Positions 12,000 to 24,119 of a DNA stretch of 64,000 nucleotides are shown piece by piece. Position numbers and translations under genes: made by a program. The number at the start of each line of letters is the position of its first letter. Within the stretch, counting starts at the first letter, position 1. The notes beneath the pieces were generated by a model. The model made no database searches. It was not told the origin of the DNA and was given only the letters and a program-made list of their open reading frames with translations. The DNA comes from Macrostomum lignano (Eukaryota): positions 124,001 to 188,000 of the forward strand of contig NIVC01000322.1 of NCBI GenBank assembly GCA_002269645.1. The letters are read 5' to 3'.

Positions 12000-12510
12000 G
12001 TGTTTTAATAAAAAAATCTTTTTGCACCACTAAGATTCGAACCCAGGTCGCTACATTAGCATTCTAGTCTGTTCGCATCAGGGCTATCTCTTTTCAATTG
12101 GAGAACTTGAATTGTGGCCCTTTTAATTCAATTCTTATAGCAAATCGGTTAGAGTAAAAAGTTATGACATAATCAATTTCTCAGTCAGCCAGTATCAGTC
12201 TCAATTTAAGTTAGAAATATGGTTACGCAATTTAAATCAAGTCGTGTGTGCATTTCTTTGGCACTGTTTTCAACTTGCTGTGATGCAATCTTTATCAGAA
12301 TTGGAATTCAGTCAGTCAGTTTTTTCTCTAGCATTCTTACAATGCATTTCAGGTCGAAAGAGCTGCTTGACCTTCGCAGAAAATCAAGTTTTTCGAATAT
12401 TTAATCCCTTTAATATTGATCAATTTCTTAGCCAAGATGCATTCAACATCCCAGGAAAATTTCTGATCGAATGGTGCAAGTTTGAAGAGAATCGGTTCTC
12501 GGAGGATATC
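12000..12510 (+). mobile_element. 3' module of a Helentron/DINE-1-like nonautonomous element, truncated
   Basis: Near-identical to 16030-16550, which ends in the complete tail. Confidence 0.55.
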
Positions 12511-13422
12511 TTGTATTCGAGATTTATTGTTATAAATCAGATTTTTGAGTAATTTAATGCGATTAGAGGCCAAACTGTATATTTTAAAGACAGCCGTAGA
12601 AATGAAGCTCACTGAGCCTTTTTTCGCTGATAATGACTTCGAATAGAATGAATATACACGGTAAATTATCCTTGCTTCCTTCCTTCCAAAGAAATGATCC
12701 ACCGTACATGGTGTTGATTGGCGTTGCATAAAAACTACAAAAAGCGAAAAAATCATAGGTCACGAGAAATTCTAATGCAAACTGTTGATGCATCAGAGTA
12801 TAACTGAGGTCAACTATATTTAAGTAGATCAAATAGATATTAAATAAAAACCCAACCGTTTTGTTTATTTAAGAGAAAGTTTCTTAAAAATTGAAATAAA
12901 ATCTTGGCTTGTGAACTGCAGCATAGAGTTTAAATAGCTGAATTTTTTGTGACTTTACACTTGACAATAGTGACAAAGTGTTTTCTAAATTTGTCAAAGA
13001 AATAGCTATAGTGAACGCTCGGTATTAGGGATTTATTAAGGTTTACAAAAGTACATGTATGTAGGTAATATCTAGTACTGCACGTCATAATAAATTAGGT
13101 AATTATTGCAAATTAGATTTGATAAAACAAACAGACAAGAGATCCACGAGACCACAATGAAATCCTTACATAGCGTACGGAGTCAGAGGGTTTCTGCATT
13201 GAGAAAATTAACAAAAATCTGTGTAATAATGTAAACAGAGGACATATTTGCATTAATAGTTCATGAACTAGCAATCTTTGCCCCCCGTTGGGGGACATCT
13301 ATATAGAGTCTCTGTTCTCTACAAGTAAGTAACAAAAAAATAGTGAAATAAAGCCTTCACAAAGAAAACAGACAAAATACTCAAATGAAGTGCAATGCAA
13401 AAAGAAATCATCGCAAGACAGC

Positions 13423-13660
13423 AAGCATCCCCCAGATAGTAAGCATCCCCCAGATAGCAAGCATCCCCCAGATAGCAAGCATCCCCCAGATAGCAAGCAT
13501 CCCCCAGATAGCAAGCATCCCCCAGATAGCAAGCATCCCCCAGATAGCAAGCATCCCCAGATAGCAAGCATCCCCCAGATAGCAAGCATCCCCAGATAGC
13601 AAGCATCCCCCAGATAGCAAGCATCCCCAAGATAGATAGCATCCCCAAATAGCAAGCATC
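13423..13660. repeat. CCCCAGATAGCAAGCAT(C) minisatellite, 17-18-bp unit
   Basis: Direct tandem repetition. Confidence 0.95.
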
Positions 13661-13744
13661 CACCAGACAATAAGTAGCTAGTGCGACAATTTCTTTAGCA
13701 TTATAGCGGCTCCTTTAAAATTCACTTACTTTTACATTTGAAAT

Positions 13745-16010
13745 TGTGTATATTTTATGTTTAACAGGGTGGCTCTTTTATGTTCTACATTGTGGCTCTT
13801 TTTTGTTCAACATGGTAACTCTTTTATGTTTGATACGGTGGCTTCCAATGTCTGACATGGTGGCTCTTCTATGTTTGACATGGTGGCTCTTCTATGTTTG
13901 ACAAAGTGGCTCTTTAATGTTCGACATGGTGGCTCTTTAACGTTCGACATGGTGGTGCTTTAATGCTCAACATGGTGGCTCTTTATTGTTTGACATGGTG
14001 GCTCTTTAATGTTCTACATTGTGGCTCTTTAACGTTCGACAGGGTGGCTCTTTAATGTTTGACATGGAGTCATGTATGTGTTAGACATGGAGTCATGTAT
14101 ATATTTGGCATGGAGTCACATATATGCTTTACATGGTGGCTCTTTAATGTTCGACATGGTGGCTCTTTAACGTTCAACATGGTGACACTTTAATGTCTGA
14201 AATGATGGCTCTTTAATGTTTGACATGGAGTCACGTATACGCTTGACATGGTGACTCGTTAATGTTTGACATGGTGGCTCTTTAACGTTCGACATGGTGG
14301 CTCTTTAATGTTAGACATGGTGGCTCTTTAATGTTTTACATGGTGGCTCTTTTATGTTCGACATGGTGGCTCTTTAACGTTCGACATGGTGGCTCTTTAA
14401 TGTTCGACATGGAGTCACATATATGTTGGACATGGTGGCTCTTTAATGTTGCATGTTGGACATGGTGGCTCTTTAATGTTCGACTTGGAGTCACATATAT
14501 GTTAGACATGGTGGCTCTTTAATGTTGGACATGGTGGCTTTTTAATGTTCGACATGGTGACACTTTAATGTCTGAAATGATGGCTCTTTAATGTTTGACA
14601 TGGAGTCACGTATACGCTTGACATGGTGACTCGTTAATGTTTGACATGGTGGCTCTTTAACGTTCGACATGGTGGCTCTTTAATGTTAGACATGGTGGCT
14701 CTTTAATGTTTTACATGGTGGCTCTTTTATGTTCGACATGGTGGCTCTTTAACGTTCGACATGGTGGCTCTTTAATGTTCGACATGGAGTCACATATATG
14801 TTGGACATGGTGGCTCTTTAATGTTGCATGTTGGACATAGTGGCTCTTTAATGTTAGACATGGTGGCTCTTTAATGTTCGACATGGAGTCACATATATGT
14901 TGGACATGGTGGCTCTTTAATGTTGCATGTTGGACATGGTGGCTCTTTAATGTTAGACATGGTGGCTCTTTAAATTTTTTTCATGGTGGCTCTTAAATGT
15001 TTGACATGGTGGCTCTTTATTATTTGACATGGTGGCTCTTTAATGTTTGACATGGTGGTTCTTTAATGTTCGACATGGTGGCTCTTTAATGTTCAACGTG
15101 GTGGCTCTTTAATGTTCGAAAAAGTGGCTCCTTTATGTTTGACATGGTGGCTCTTTAATGTTTGACATGGTGGCTCTTTAATGTTTGACATTGTAGCTCT
15201 TAAATGTTCGACATGGTGGTTCTTTTACGTTTGACATGGTGGCTCTTAAATGTTTGACATTGTAGCTCTTAAATGTTCGACATGGTGGTTCTTTTACGTT
15301 TGACATGGTGGCTCTTTAATTTTCGACATGTTGGCTCTTTTATGTTTGACATGGTAGCTCTTTAATTTTCGACAAAGTGGCTCTTTAATGTTTGACATGG
15401 TGGCTCGTTAATGTTTGACATGGTAGCTCTTTAATTTTCGACATGTCGGCTCTTTTATGCTTGACATGGTAGCTCTTTAATGTTCGACATGGTGGTTCTT
15501 TATTGTTAGACATGGTGGCTCTTTTATGTTTGACATGGTGGCTTTTTCACGTTCGACGTGGTGGCTCTTTAAAGTTTGACATGGTGGCTTTTTTATGTTT
15601 GACATGGTAGCTCTTTAATGTTCGACATGGTGGCTCTTTTAAGTATGACAAAGTGGCTCTTTAATTTTTGACATGGTGGCTCTTTAATGTTTGACATGGT
15701 GGCTCTTTAATGTTCGACATGTCGGTTCTTTTACGTTTGACATGGTGGCTCTTTAATGTTCGACATGGTGGTTCTTTTACGTTTGACATGGTGGCTCTTT
15801 AATGTTCAACATGTAGGTTCTTTTACGTTTGACATGGTGGCTCTTTTATGTTTGACATGGAGTCACGTATATATGTTTTACATGGAGTCACAAATATGTT
15901 TGACATGGTGGCTTTTTAATGCTTGACATGGTGGCTCGTTTATGTTTGGCATGGTGGCTCTTTAATGTTCGACATGGTGCCACTGATATGTTTGACATTG
16001 TGCTTCTTTT
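13745..16010. repeat. 23-bp satellite ATGTT(T/C)GACATGGTGGCTCTTTA, second array
   Basis: Same unit as 9627-11995, with internal duplicated blocks. Confidence 0.97.
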
Positions 16011-16827
16011 ATGTTTAGCAGTTTCATGTTTTCAAGGTGTTTTAATAAAAAAATTATTTTGCACTACTAAGATTCGAACCCAGGTCGCTACATTAGCATT
16101 CCAGTCTGTTCGCATCTGGGCTATCTCTTTTCAATTGGAGTACATCAATTGTGGCCCTTATAATTCAATTCTTACAGCAAGTCAATTAGAGTAAAAAGTT
16201 ATGACATAATCAATTTCTCAGTCAGCCAGTATCAGTTTCAATTCAAGTTAGCAATAGGCCTATTGGTTACGCAATTTAAATCAAGTTGTGTGTTCATTTC
16301 TTCGGCACTGTTTTCGACTTGTTGTGATGCAATCTTTATCAGAATTGAAATTCAGCCAGTCAGTTTTTTCTCTAGCATTCTTACAATGCATTTCAAGTCG
16401 AAAATTTTGCTTGACCTTTGCAAAAAAGCATGTTTTTCAAATATTTAATCCCTTTAATATATAGCAATTTCTTAGCCAAGATGCATGTACCGTCCCAGGA
16501 GAATTTCTGATCGAATGGTGCAAGTTTGAAGAAAATCGGTTGAGCCATTTTTTCTGAAATCTATCGCATACCCACAGACAACTCATTTTTAGTATATAGG
16601 ACTAGCAATCTACGCCCCCCGTTGGGGAGCCAAAGAAATGCAATACACGTTTTTTTAATAAACTACATGTATCCTTGAAATCTTAAAAAATCTCCTGTCA
16701 AACCTTGTAAGCCTTGACATGTCAGTAATTCCCCCCCCCCACAAGCTTTAACATATCAACTTCCCCCCTTGACATCTCAGCAATGCCCCAAATAAGCCTT
16801 GGAAATCTAAAAATATCTGTCAACCTT

Positions 16828-16889
16828 CTAACCCTAACCCTAGCCTAACCCTAACCCTAACCCTAACCCTAACCCTAACCTAACCCTAA
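16828..16889. repeat. Interstitial telomeric repeat (CCCTAA)n, ~10 units
   Basis: ctaaccctaaccctagcctaaccctaaccctaaccctaaccctaaccctaacctaaccctaa. Confidence 0.9.
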
Positions 16890-17689
16890 AGCATTGAAAT
16901 TTCAGTAATTCTCTCTAAGAGTCATTATAGCACTACTACAGCATTATAGCGATTCCCTGCAAGCCTCGACATCGTAGAGATTCCCAAATGAATCTCTTAA
17001 CTTCGACATGAAGCTTCTTTTATTTTTTACATTACGCTTTTTTTATCAGCGATCCCTCCCCAGAGGAGGCATCAAATAATGTAATAAAAAGTTTTCAATA
17101 AACTACATGTAGCTTCTGACTTTAGCCTTGAAATCTCATTTATACCCCCGTGAACCTTGACATCTCAGATATTCCCCCCGTAAGTCTTAACATGTCAGCG
17201 ATGGCCCCCATAAACCTTGAAATCTAAAAAATCCCCTGTTATTCTGTTAACCTTGAAATCCGATAAAATATAACCCTCAACCCACACCTGACCTAAACCT
17301 AACTTTAACCCAACCTAAAGCCTTGAAATCTCAGCAATTCTTCTCCCCTAAGCCTTGACATTTTAGTGATTCCTTCTTTAAGAATCACAGCACTATAACG
17401 ATTTCCACCAAGCTTTGACATCGTAGCAATTCCCAAATGAATCTTTTAACTTCGACATGACTTTTCTTTTATGTATACATAGTGCTACTTTTATTTTTTA
17501 CATGACTCTTCTTCTATCAGCGCCCCCCCCCGTGGCGAGCCAACAAATAATGCAATAAAAAAATTGAGTAAAGTACATGAACTTTGAAGTAGCTTCTGAC
17601 TTTTGCTTTGACATCTCAGAACCCCCCCCGTAATCTCAGTTTTTCTCCCCAGCACAGCATTATAGCTGCATTTAATTTTTACATGACAC

Positions 17690-19050
17690 CCTTCATGTCT
17701 GACATGACGCTTCTTTTATTCTACCATGATGCTTCTTAATTTTTTAAATGACACTTTCATTAGTTTTTAAATGAGGCTCCTATGATTTTTTCATGACGCT
17801 TCTATGATTTTTACATGACACTTCTATGATTTTTTATATGACGCTTCTATGATTGTTTATATGACGCTTCTATGCTTTTTACATGACGCTTCTATGATTT
17901 TTTTACATAACGCTTCCATGATTGTTTACATGACGCTTCTATGATTGTTTACATGACGCTTCTATGATTGTTTACATGACGCTTCTATGATTTTTTACAT
18001 GACGCTTCTATGATTATTTCATGACGCTTCTACGATTTCTGCAGGACGCTTCAATGATTTTTACATGACGCTTTTATGATTTTTACATGACGCTTCTATG
18101 ATTGTTTACATGACGCTTCTATGATTGTTTATACGACGCTTCTATGATTTTTACATGACGCTTCTATGCTTTTTACATGACGCTTCTATGATTGTTTACA
18201 TGACGCTTCTATGATTGTTTCATGACGCTTCTATGATTGTTTACATGACGCTTCTATGATTGTTTACATGACGCTTCTATGATTGTTTACATGACGCTTC
18301 TATGATTGTTTATACGACGCTTCTATGATTTTTACATGACGCTTCTATGCTTTTTACATGACGCTTCTATGATTTTTTACATGACGCTTCTATGATTGTT
18401 TCATGACGCTTCTATGATTGTTTACATGACGCTTCTATGATTTTTTACATGACGCTTCTATGATTGTTTACATGACGCTTCTATGATTGTTTATACGACG
18501 CTTCTATGATTTTTACATGACGCTTCTATGCTTTTTACATGACGCTTCTATGATTTTTTACATGACGCTTCTATGATTGTTTCATGACGCTTCTATGATT
18601 TTTTACATGGCGCTTCTATGATTGTTTACATGACGCTTCTATGATTTTTTACATGACGCTTCTATGATTGTTTACATGACGCTTCTATGATTGTTTAAAT
18701 GACGCTTCTATGATTGTTTACATGACGCTTCTATGATTGTTTACATGACGCTTCTATGATTGTTTACATGACGCTTCTATGATTGTTTACATGACGCTTC
18801 TATGATTTTTATATGACGCTTCTATGATTGTTTACATGACGCTTCTATGATTGTTTACATGACGCTTCTATGATTGTTTAAATGACGCTTCTATGATTGT
18901 TTACATGACGCTTCTATGATTTTTTACATGACGCTTCTATGATTGTTTACATGACGCTTCTATGATTTTTTACATGACGCTTCTATGATTGTTTACATGA
19001 CGCTTCTATGATTTTTTACATGACGCTTCTATGATTTTTACATGACGATT
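17690..19050. repeat. 23-bp satellite CATGACGCTTCTATGATTGTTTA (22-23-bp variants)
   Basis: Period 23 (catgacg at 18721 and 18744). Confidence 0.97.
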
Positions 19051-19784
19051 CTTTTTAAAAAGTCTTTTAGTTTTCCTGACGTTGAAAAGCTTTAATTAAA
19101 AAATTATACTCTATGAAAATTCGAACCATCGTCGCTGCATTTAACAGTTCAGTTTGTTCACCTCTAGGCTAGCTCTCATCGTTTTGATAACATCAAATTT
19201 TGCACTTATATAATTCAACACTTTAAAATCCAAGCATAGAGTAAATCACACGAAGCAGTTATGACATAATCAGTTTCTCAGTCAGTCAGTATCAGTTAAC
19301 AATATGGTTACGCAATCTAAATCAAGTCTGGTGCTACGCTTCCACACTGCATTTTCAATTCAAGTCGGAGTTACAATTCAGTTATGATGCAATCTATTTC
19401 AGAATCAGAATTCAACCAGTCAGTTTTTTCTCTAGCATTCTTACAATGCATTTCAAGTCGAAAAGTTTGCTTGACCTTTGCAAAAAAGCATGTTTTTCGA
19501 ATATTTAATGCCTTTAGCATCAAGAAATTTCTTAGCCACGATGCATGTACAGTCACGGGAAAATTTCTGATCGAACAGTGCAAGTTCGAACAAAATCGGT
19601 ACAGCCATTTTTTCTCTAATCGATCACATAGACACAGACAGACCATTTTTAGTATATAGGATTTTGGATACTTACCCACGGTTATTTACGGTCACTTTGA
19701 TAACCTTATAAATATAACTCTGTTATTAAATCCCTCCATCTAGGCTTCATCTTGTCTGGTGGTGCCTGCAGTTTTCCAGTAGAA

Positions 19785-20525
19785 TCAGTTAAAAGGCGAC
19801 AGGCACTCGCACAGAACATTGGAAACATAAATAGATGTGTCGCTGTTATCCGTGAGACCCATTAAATCGAGATGTTTTGCAATAGCATTTTCTCCGCCAC
19901 CATTGTTTTTCGGCTGGCCACTGGCCCAGAAGCTGCCAACGGCGGTGTTGCAGCCGATCCAGTACCAACCGCCAGCGGGCTCCGCACTGCCTGCTGGCTG
20001 GAGGCCTCCGAGCCAGAATCTCGAATTACTATTGTAGGTAAAAATCCAGTCCACGTGGCTCAGTTCCTCAGCGCTGGTCACGTCGGCCATGATGACCAGA
20101 CCGCTCTCTGACTCGCACTTCTGCCTGCTCGGCCACCACGTCCCGATGCCAGAGTACAGTCTGTACTTCACTCCGCACAGGTCCATGCCGTAGCCAGACG
20201 GACACAGCGCGCCCGGCTCGAGTCCCGGCCGCTGCTTGACAAACACCCGGCCTCTCCTGGAGCAGCCGCAGCTCCTCACCGACTTGCTGCACTTGTCGAA
20301 CACGAACAGCTGGCACGGACCGTCAGCCAGGCTGAACGCCTGACAGCGCAGCTTCTCGGAGCACAGAGCGGCGCACCCAACATTGCTGAGTTCGTTTGAG
20401 TAGGTCTCAACAAACTCATCGTTGATGCAGAGGCTGCCGTCAATGAGGGTGTACACCTGTTGGCTTGCAGTGGTGAGGCTGAGGACAAGACTCATCCAGG
20501 CCACAATATTTAATACGCTGGTCAT
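19785..20525 (-). CDS. PAN/Apple + C-type lectin secreted protein, copy 3 (intact, 246 aa)
   Basis: MTSVLNIVAWMSLVLSLTTA signal-like N-terminus; PAN-like CAALCSEKLRCQAFSL..CQL; C-type lectin domain with CPSGY..C, W..SRQKC, WLGG, WYW, FWA.GQP, VLCE. No introns. ATG chosen by alignment to sister copies. Confidence 0.88.
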   Translation of the reverse strand: MTSVLNIVAWMSLVLSLTTASQQVYTLIDGSLCINDEFVETYSNELSNVGCAALCSEKLRCQAFSLADGPCQLFVFDKCSKSVRSCGCSRRGRVFVKQRPGLEPGALCPSGYGMDLCGVKYRLYSGIGTWWPSRQKCESESGLVIMADVTSAEELSHVDWIFTYNSNSRFWLGGLQPAGSAEPAGGWYWIGCNTAVGSFWASGQPKNNGGGENAIAKHLDLMGLTDNSDTSIYVSNVLCECLSPFN

Positions 20526-21006
20526 TTTTGCTTGTAGGCTGGTGTGTTTTCTAAATTTGTCAAAGAAATAACGAAAGACGATGCAGATCGCTTCTAACAT
20601 AAAAATTTCCAACAACAAGCCGATTATATTTGTTTTTTTTCTGACCAATCGTGTGCTAGCTTTTTGGGAAACTTTCATTGGTAGAAAAATGAACTTCCAG
20701 AGGTGAATGCCGAGCCATGTCTACTGTGTCCTTGCCTGGCAACCACGGGCAGTGATGCCGCGCAGGGAGATCCGGTGGTGCCGGTGTCCGCAGCGGGGTG
20801 CCCCTTCGGAGAGTCCGGGAGTTGGATGGCCGCTCGCCCGGTATCCTAAAAGTAGCGGATGAGCTGGCAGAGATTCTCGGGGCTCTCGGGCCTGTAAATG
20901 TCAAAAAAGGTCTGGGTTTGGGCCCGAGGTAGGTGAGCCTGTCCTGAGTAAAGGCGGAGCATCCACAGATGAGGTGCTCCGCATTTTCGACCCCGGAGAT
21001 GCAGAA

Positions 21007-22441
21007 TGTGTGAAGTTATGAACCGAGTACGCAAACGAGACTAGTATTTAGAAATTGTAAGTAGAAAAACACACACAAACTCTTAAGCGCGGTGTCGCAG
21101 TATTTATTAAATTGAACTCACTGAGTCAGCATAAATTACTAGATTAAGATTAGGGTGGGTACTGGGCAACAAAGAGAGAGAAAGTGAATAAGATAACTCC
21201 AGCCCACGACGCTGGGGTGGCAAGGGTGCACTTTAACTAAAGCTATAAAATAAATAATAAACAAATAATAATATTATTACTGAGTGAACTATTAAGTGGT
21301 TAATGCCATACGTATAACTAAGCTATCTGACATCTCCCCCCTAAAGTTCGAAACATTCCCCAGCAAAGTTCGTTCGAAGTCAGAGTCAGTTCAAATTCAG
21401 GATAAAAGTTGCAGGCGTTCAGGTGGCTGCCTCCGACGCTGCGGGTAGCGCCTCGCCGGACTGCTCGGCCGGTCAGCGGCGGCGGTGGCCGCGCCATCCT
21501 GCGGCGCGTCATTGCCGCCGTCGCCTTCGCTTGGCTCGGTGGGCGGCGAATGCGTTTCATCGGAGACACCGGCCGGTGGCAACGGGTTGGCCTCCGGCAG
21601 CGAGCTCATCAGCAGTTGGTCCGTGTGCCGCCGATGGAGAGCGCCGCCGACCTCAATGTCGCAATTGCGGGATCAAGCGGACACGACGCTGCCCTCCGCC
21701 CAGCGGGTGCCGCCGCCAGCCTTTGCCTCGCGCAGTAGAACTCGGTCGCCGACTTGAAACTCGCGTGCATGCGGCTGCTGCTCGACTTGCCGCTCTTGAC
21801 GCTGCTGCATGCTGTTCGTCAGCGATGGCATCAGCAGGTCCAGCCGACTGCGCAGTCTGCGGCGGATGAGCAGCTGGCTGAGAGACTCGCCGGTGATCGA
21901 GTGCGGTGTGTTGCGGTAGGACAGCAGCATCCGCTGCAGTGCCGCCGTTGAGTGCCCGCTCTTGAGCAGATGTCGCTTGAGCACCTGAACGAATCTCTCC
22001 GCTTGGCCGTTCGTTGCCGGATGGAACGGCGCCGAGAAAACATGCCGAATGCCGTTGCGCCTTGTGAACTCGCCGAACTCCGCGGAGGTGAACTGCGGGC
22101 CGTTGTCGGAGACCAACACCCTGGGAATGCCCAGTCTGGCGAAGATCTCGCAGAGTCGCTCGATGGTGGCAGCAGACGTAACGCAGTGCACCTGATGAAC
22201 CTCTGGCCACTTACTGAATGACCAGGTACGTGCGACCGTTAACGAGGCCGATGAAATCCAGGTGCAGCCTCGCTCAAGGTTCAGCATGAAACGGCCAAGG
22301 TTGCACCGGCGCTTTGGGCCGGTCGGCCTGGTTCAGCATGCAGGTCCGGCACGACTTGACGGTGTTCGCGTCGCTAACAGATAATAATAATCTAACTGAG
22401 TGAACTGGCCAGTGCCATACGTATAACTAAGCTATCTGACA
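21007..22441 (-). mobile_element. Internally deleted Ty3/gypsy LTR retrotransposon remnant
   Basis: Integrase core SKWPEV..LGIP..LVSDNGPQFTS..HPATNGQAERFVQ (ORF 21673-22287). Polypurine tract (plus strand tctccccccc at ~21331) abuts an LTR at ~21007-21330. The LTR start is repeated at ~22395-22441. Confidence 0.8.
21409..22287 (-). pseudogene. Ty3/gypsy integrase fragment (frameshifted)
   Basis: SDNGPQF (D,D35E core), TPHSITGESLSQLLI.RRLRSRLDL and FQVGDRVLLR motifs. Confidence 0.9.
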
Positions 22442-24119
22442 TAGCTTAGATATGTCAGAAATCACAGATAGCTCTGATAACAAAGATGAGATGCTCTGCA
22501 TTCTCGACACAGGAGATGCAGATTAGGCATTCCTCATTTTCCCTTAGAGGTAGCGTTCCTTAGCGAAGCATCCATGACCTGAGAGGGCCATTGCTTCCGG
22601 GCCTTGATCTCCCTGCCGTTGAGTCCAAGCAGGGCCCTGCGGAGAACGGGAGAGGGACAGGGGACGACCCGCATAGGCACTGCTATTGTAACATAATCAT
22701 GGAGAGGGCAGTGCCCCCTATCACAATCTTAATGATCCGTCATCTGAGAGGGTCAATGAGCTGACAATTATTGTCACAGACACTCATTTTAGCGCCACAG
22801 ACACTTATTTTAGCGTCACAGACACTCGTTTTAGCGCCATAGGCACTCATTTTTGCACGCTAAAGTAAATTCAGAGTTCAATTTTGAGTTGAAAAGTTCT
22901 TCCACTGGGAGTTGCCTTGCTGATGGGGGTAACGAAGACTTGATGCTCAGCTGTTGAACTGACAGAACAATACAAGCGTTTGCTTGCAATTGTTCAACTT
23001 TTGACCGCATCTTGAGCGGCTTTGACAGTCAGGCCTTGAAGCTTTTCTATTTATGGCTTCATCATTCTGAAGACTTACAAGCATTTAAAGCATCAATCAT
23101 CAGGTCAACAGCAGCATGCTTGAACCAGCCCATCACTGCAGCCAATGATTTAGCCTATAAAACTCAACACCAGGCAGTCCTGACAGATTGAACTCTTAGA
23201 GTGAAATTGAGATGGATAATTTGAGAAGCTAGTAGTTTATAGATATGATAGAATAATACAGGTCGAAAGTACAAAACTTCCGTGACCTCCTTAAACTCAA
23301 GCATGCAGTGACTTCACTGTCAACACCCACAAGTTTTATCTGACGCTCTTTACCACAAGCTTAGAGAAAAAATGCTATCGTTGAACTGTATCATTTGGCA
23401 TTCGCAAGCATTTTAATTGGAGAGGGTGTCTTGGTGGGCGCCTCTGTCTCTTGATAGGTTGGTGGGCGCCCCTGTTGGTGGGCGCCGTTGCTCAAATTCC
23501 CTCCGTAAGCGTTGACATGTCAGCAAATCGATCCCCCGAGCAAAGATAGAAAGCCTTCCCCAGATCGCAAGCAGCCCCTCCCCCAAAAAATGCAAGCATC
23601 CCCCAGAGAACAAGCATTCCCCTGATAGTATAAATACCCCCAGATACCAAGCATCTCCCCTATAGCAAGCATCCCTAGATAGCAAGAACCACCCTCCCAG
23701 AAAGCAATCTAGTACAACAATTTCCTGAGCTAGCCAGTGCAAAAATCATTTACTCAGGTGCTAGTAGTGCAATTCTCTGTTAGACATCGAATGCAAAATT
23801 TTTCTCATCTAAGTGCGATAATCCTTTTGTCATCTAGTGCAATAATCGTTTTCTCGTGTATTGCATTAATCACTTCTTCAGCCAGTGCAGTATTCCATGT
23901 CTAATTAGCTAGAGATGAATAATTTAACCTATTTTTGACATTTTATGCATTACTATTTACTTTTAGTAAAAAAGAACTACAACGATTCGATCTTGTGCTC
24001 CTCATTATCATAAAAATCATTGGAAATCTATAATCCTACTTAGCAGTCTCTACAGCAACTTTTTAATGTTCTTATATACAGTGCAATGAATGTTGGTATA
24101 TTTATTATGCACTACTCAA

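Larger units (their letters stand above)
13265..16600 (+). mobile_element. Helentron/DINE-1-like (HINE) nonautonomous element 1 with internal minisatellite and 23-bp satellite
   Basis: Head actagcaatct..ccccccgttgggg (hairpin); tail gaaaatcggttgagc..cagaca..tttttagtatatagg. Sits at a T-run of the lectin 3' flank with no obvious TSD. Family assignment is by structural resemblance. Confidence 0.6.
16601..19661 (+). mobile_element. Helentron/DINE-1-like element 2, head-to-tail with element 1
   Basis: Head actagcaatctacgccccccgttgggg begins immediately after the element 1 tail. Ends cagaccatttttagtatatagga, after which the lectin 3' flank (ttttggatac) resumes. Confidence 0.6.

Noticed and set aside
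12024-12092. Functional tRNA genes here and at ~6950, ~24635 and ~62481
   Set aside because: B boxes are present but I could not build complete cloverleafs; all lie within repeat families.
16828-16889. True chromosome end
   Set aside because: The tract is only ~60 bp and is embedded in ordinary sequence on both sides.
9627-19050. Regular 23-bp repeats as a CRISPR array
   Set aside because: Units are contiguous with no unique spacers, there are no cas genes, and the context is eukaryotic.
19837-20488. Overlapping antisense and alternative-frame ORFs recurring at each lectin copy
   Set aside because: Shadows of the GC-rich lectin CDS; they recur only because the gene is duplicated.
20526-20678. 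N-terminal extension giving a 297-aa lectin (and 264 aa for copy 4)
   Set aside because: The upstream frame is not conserved across copies, and the signal peptide starts at the aligned downstream ATG.
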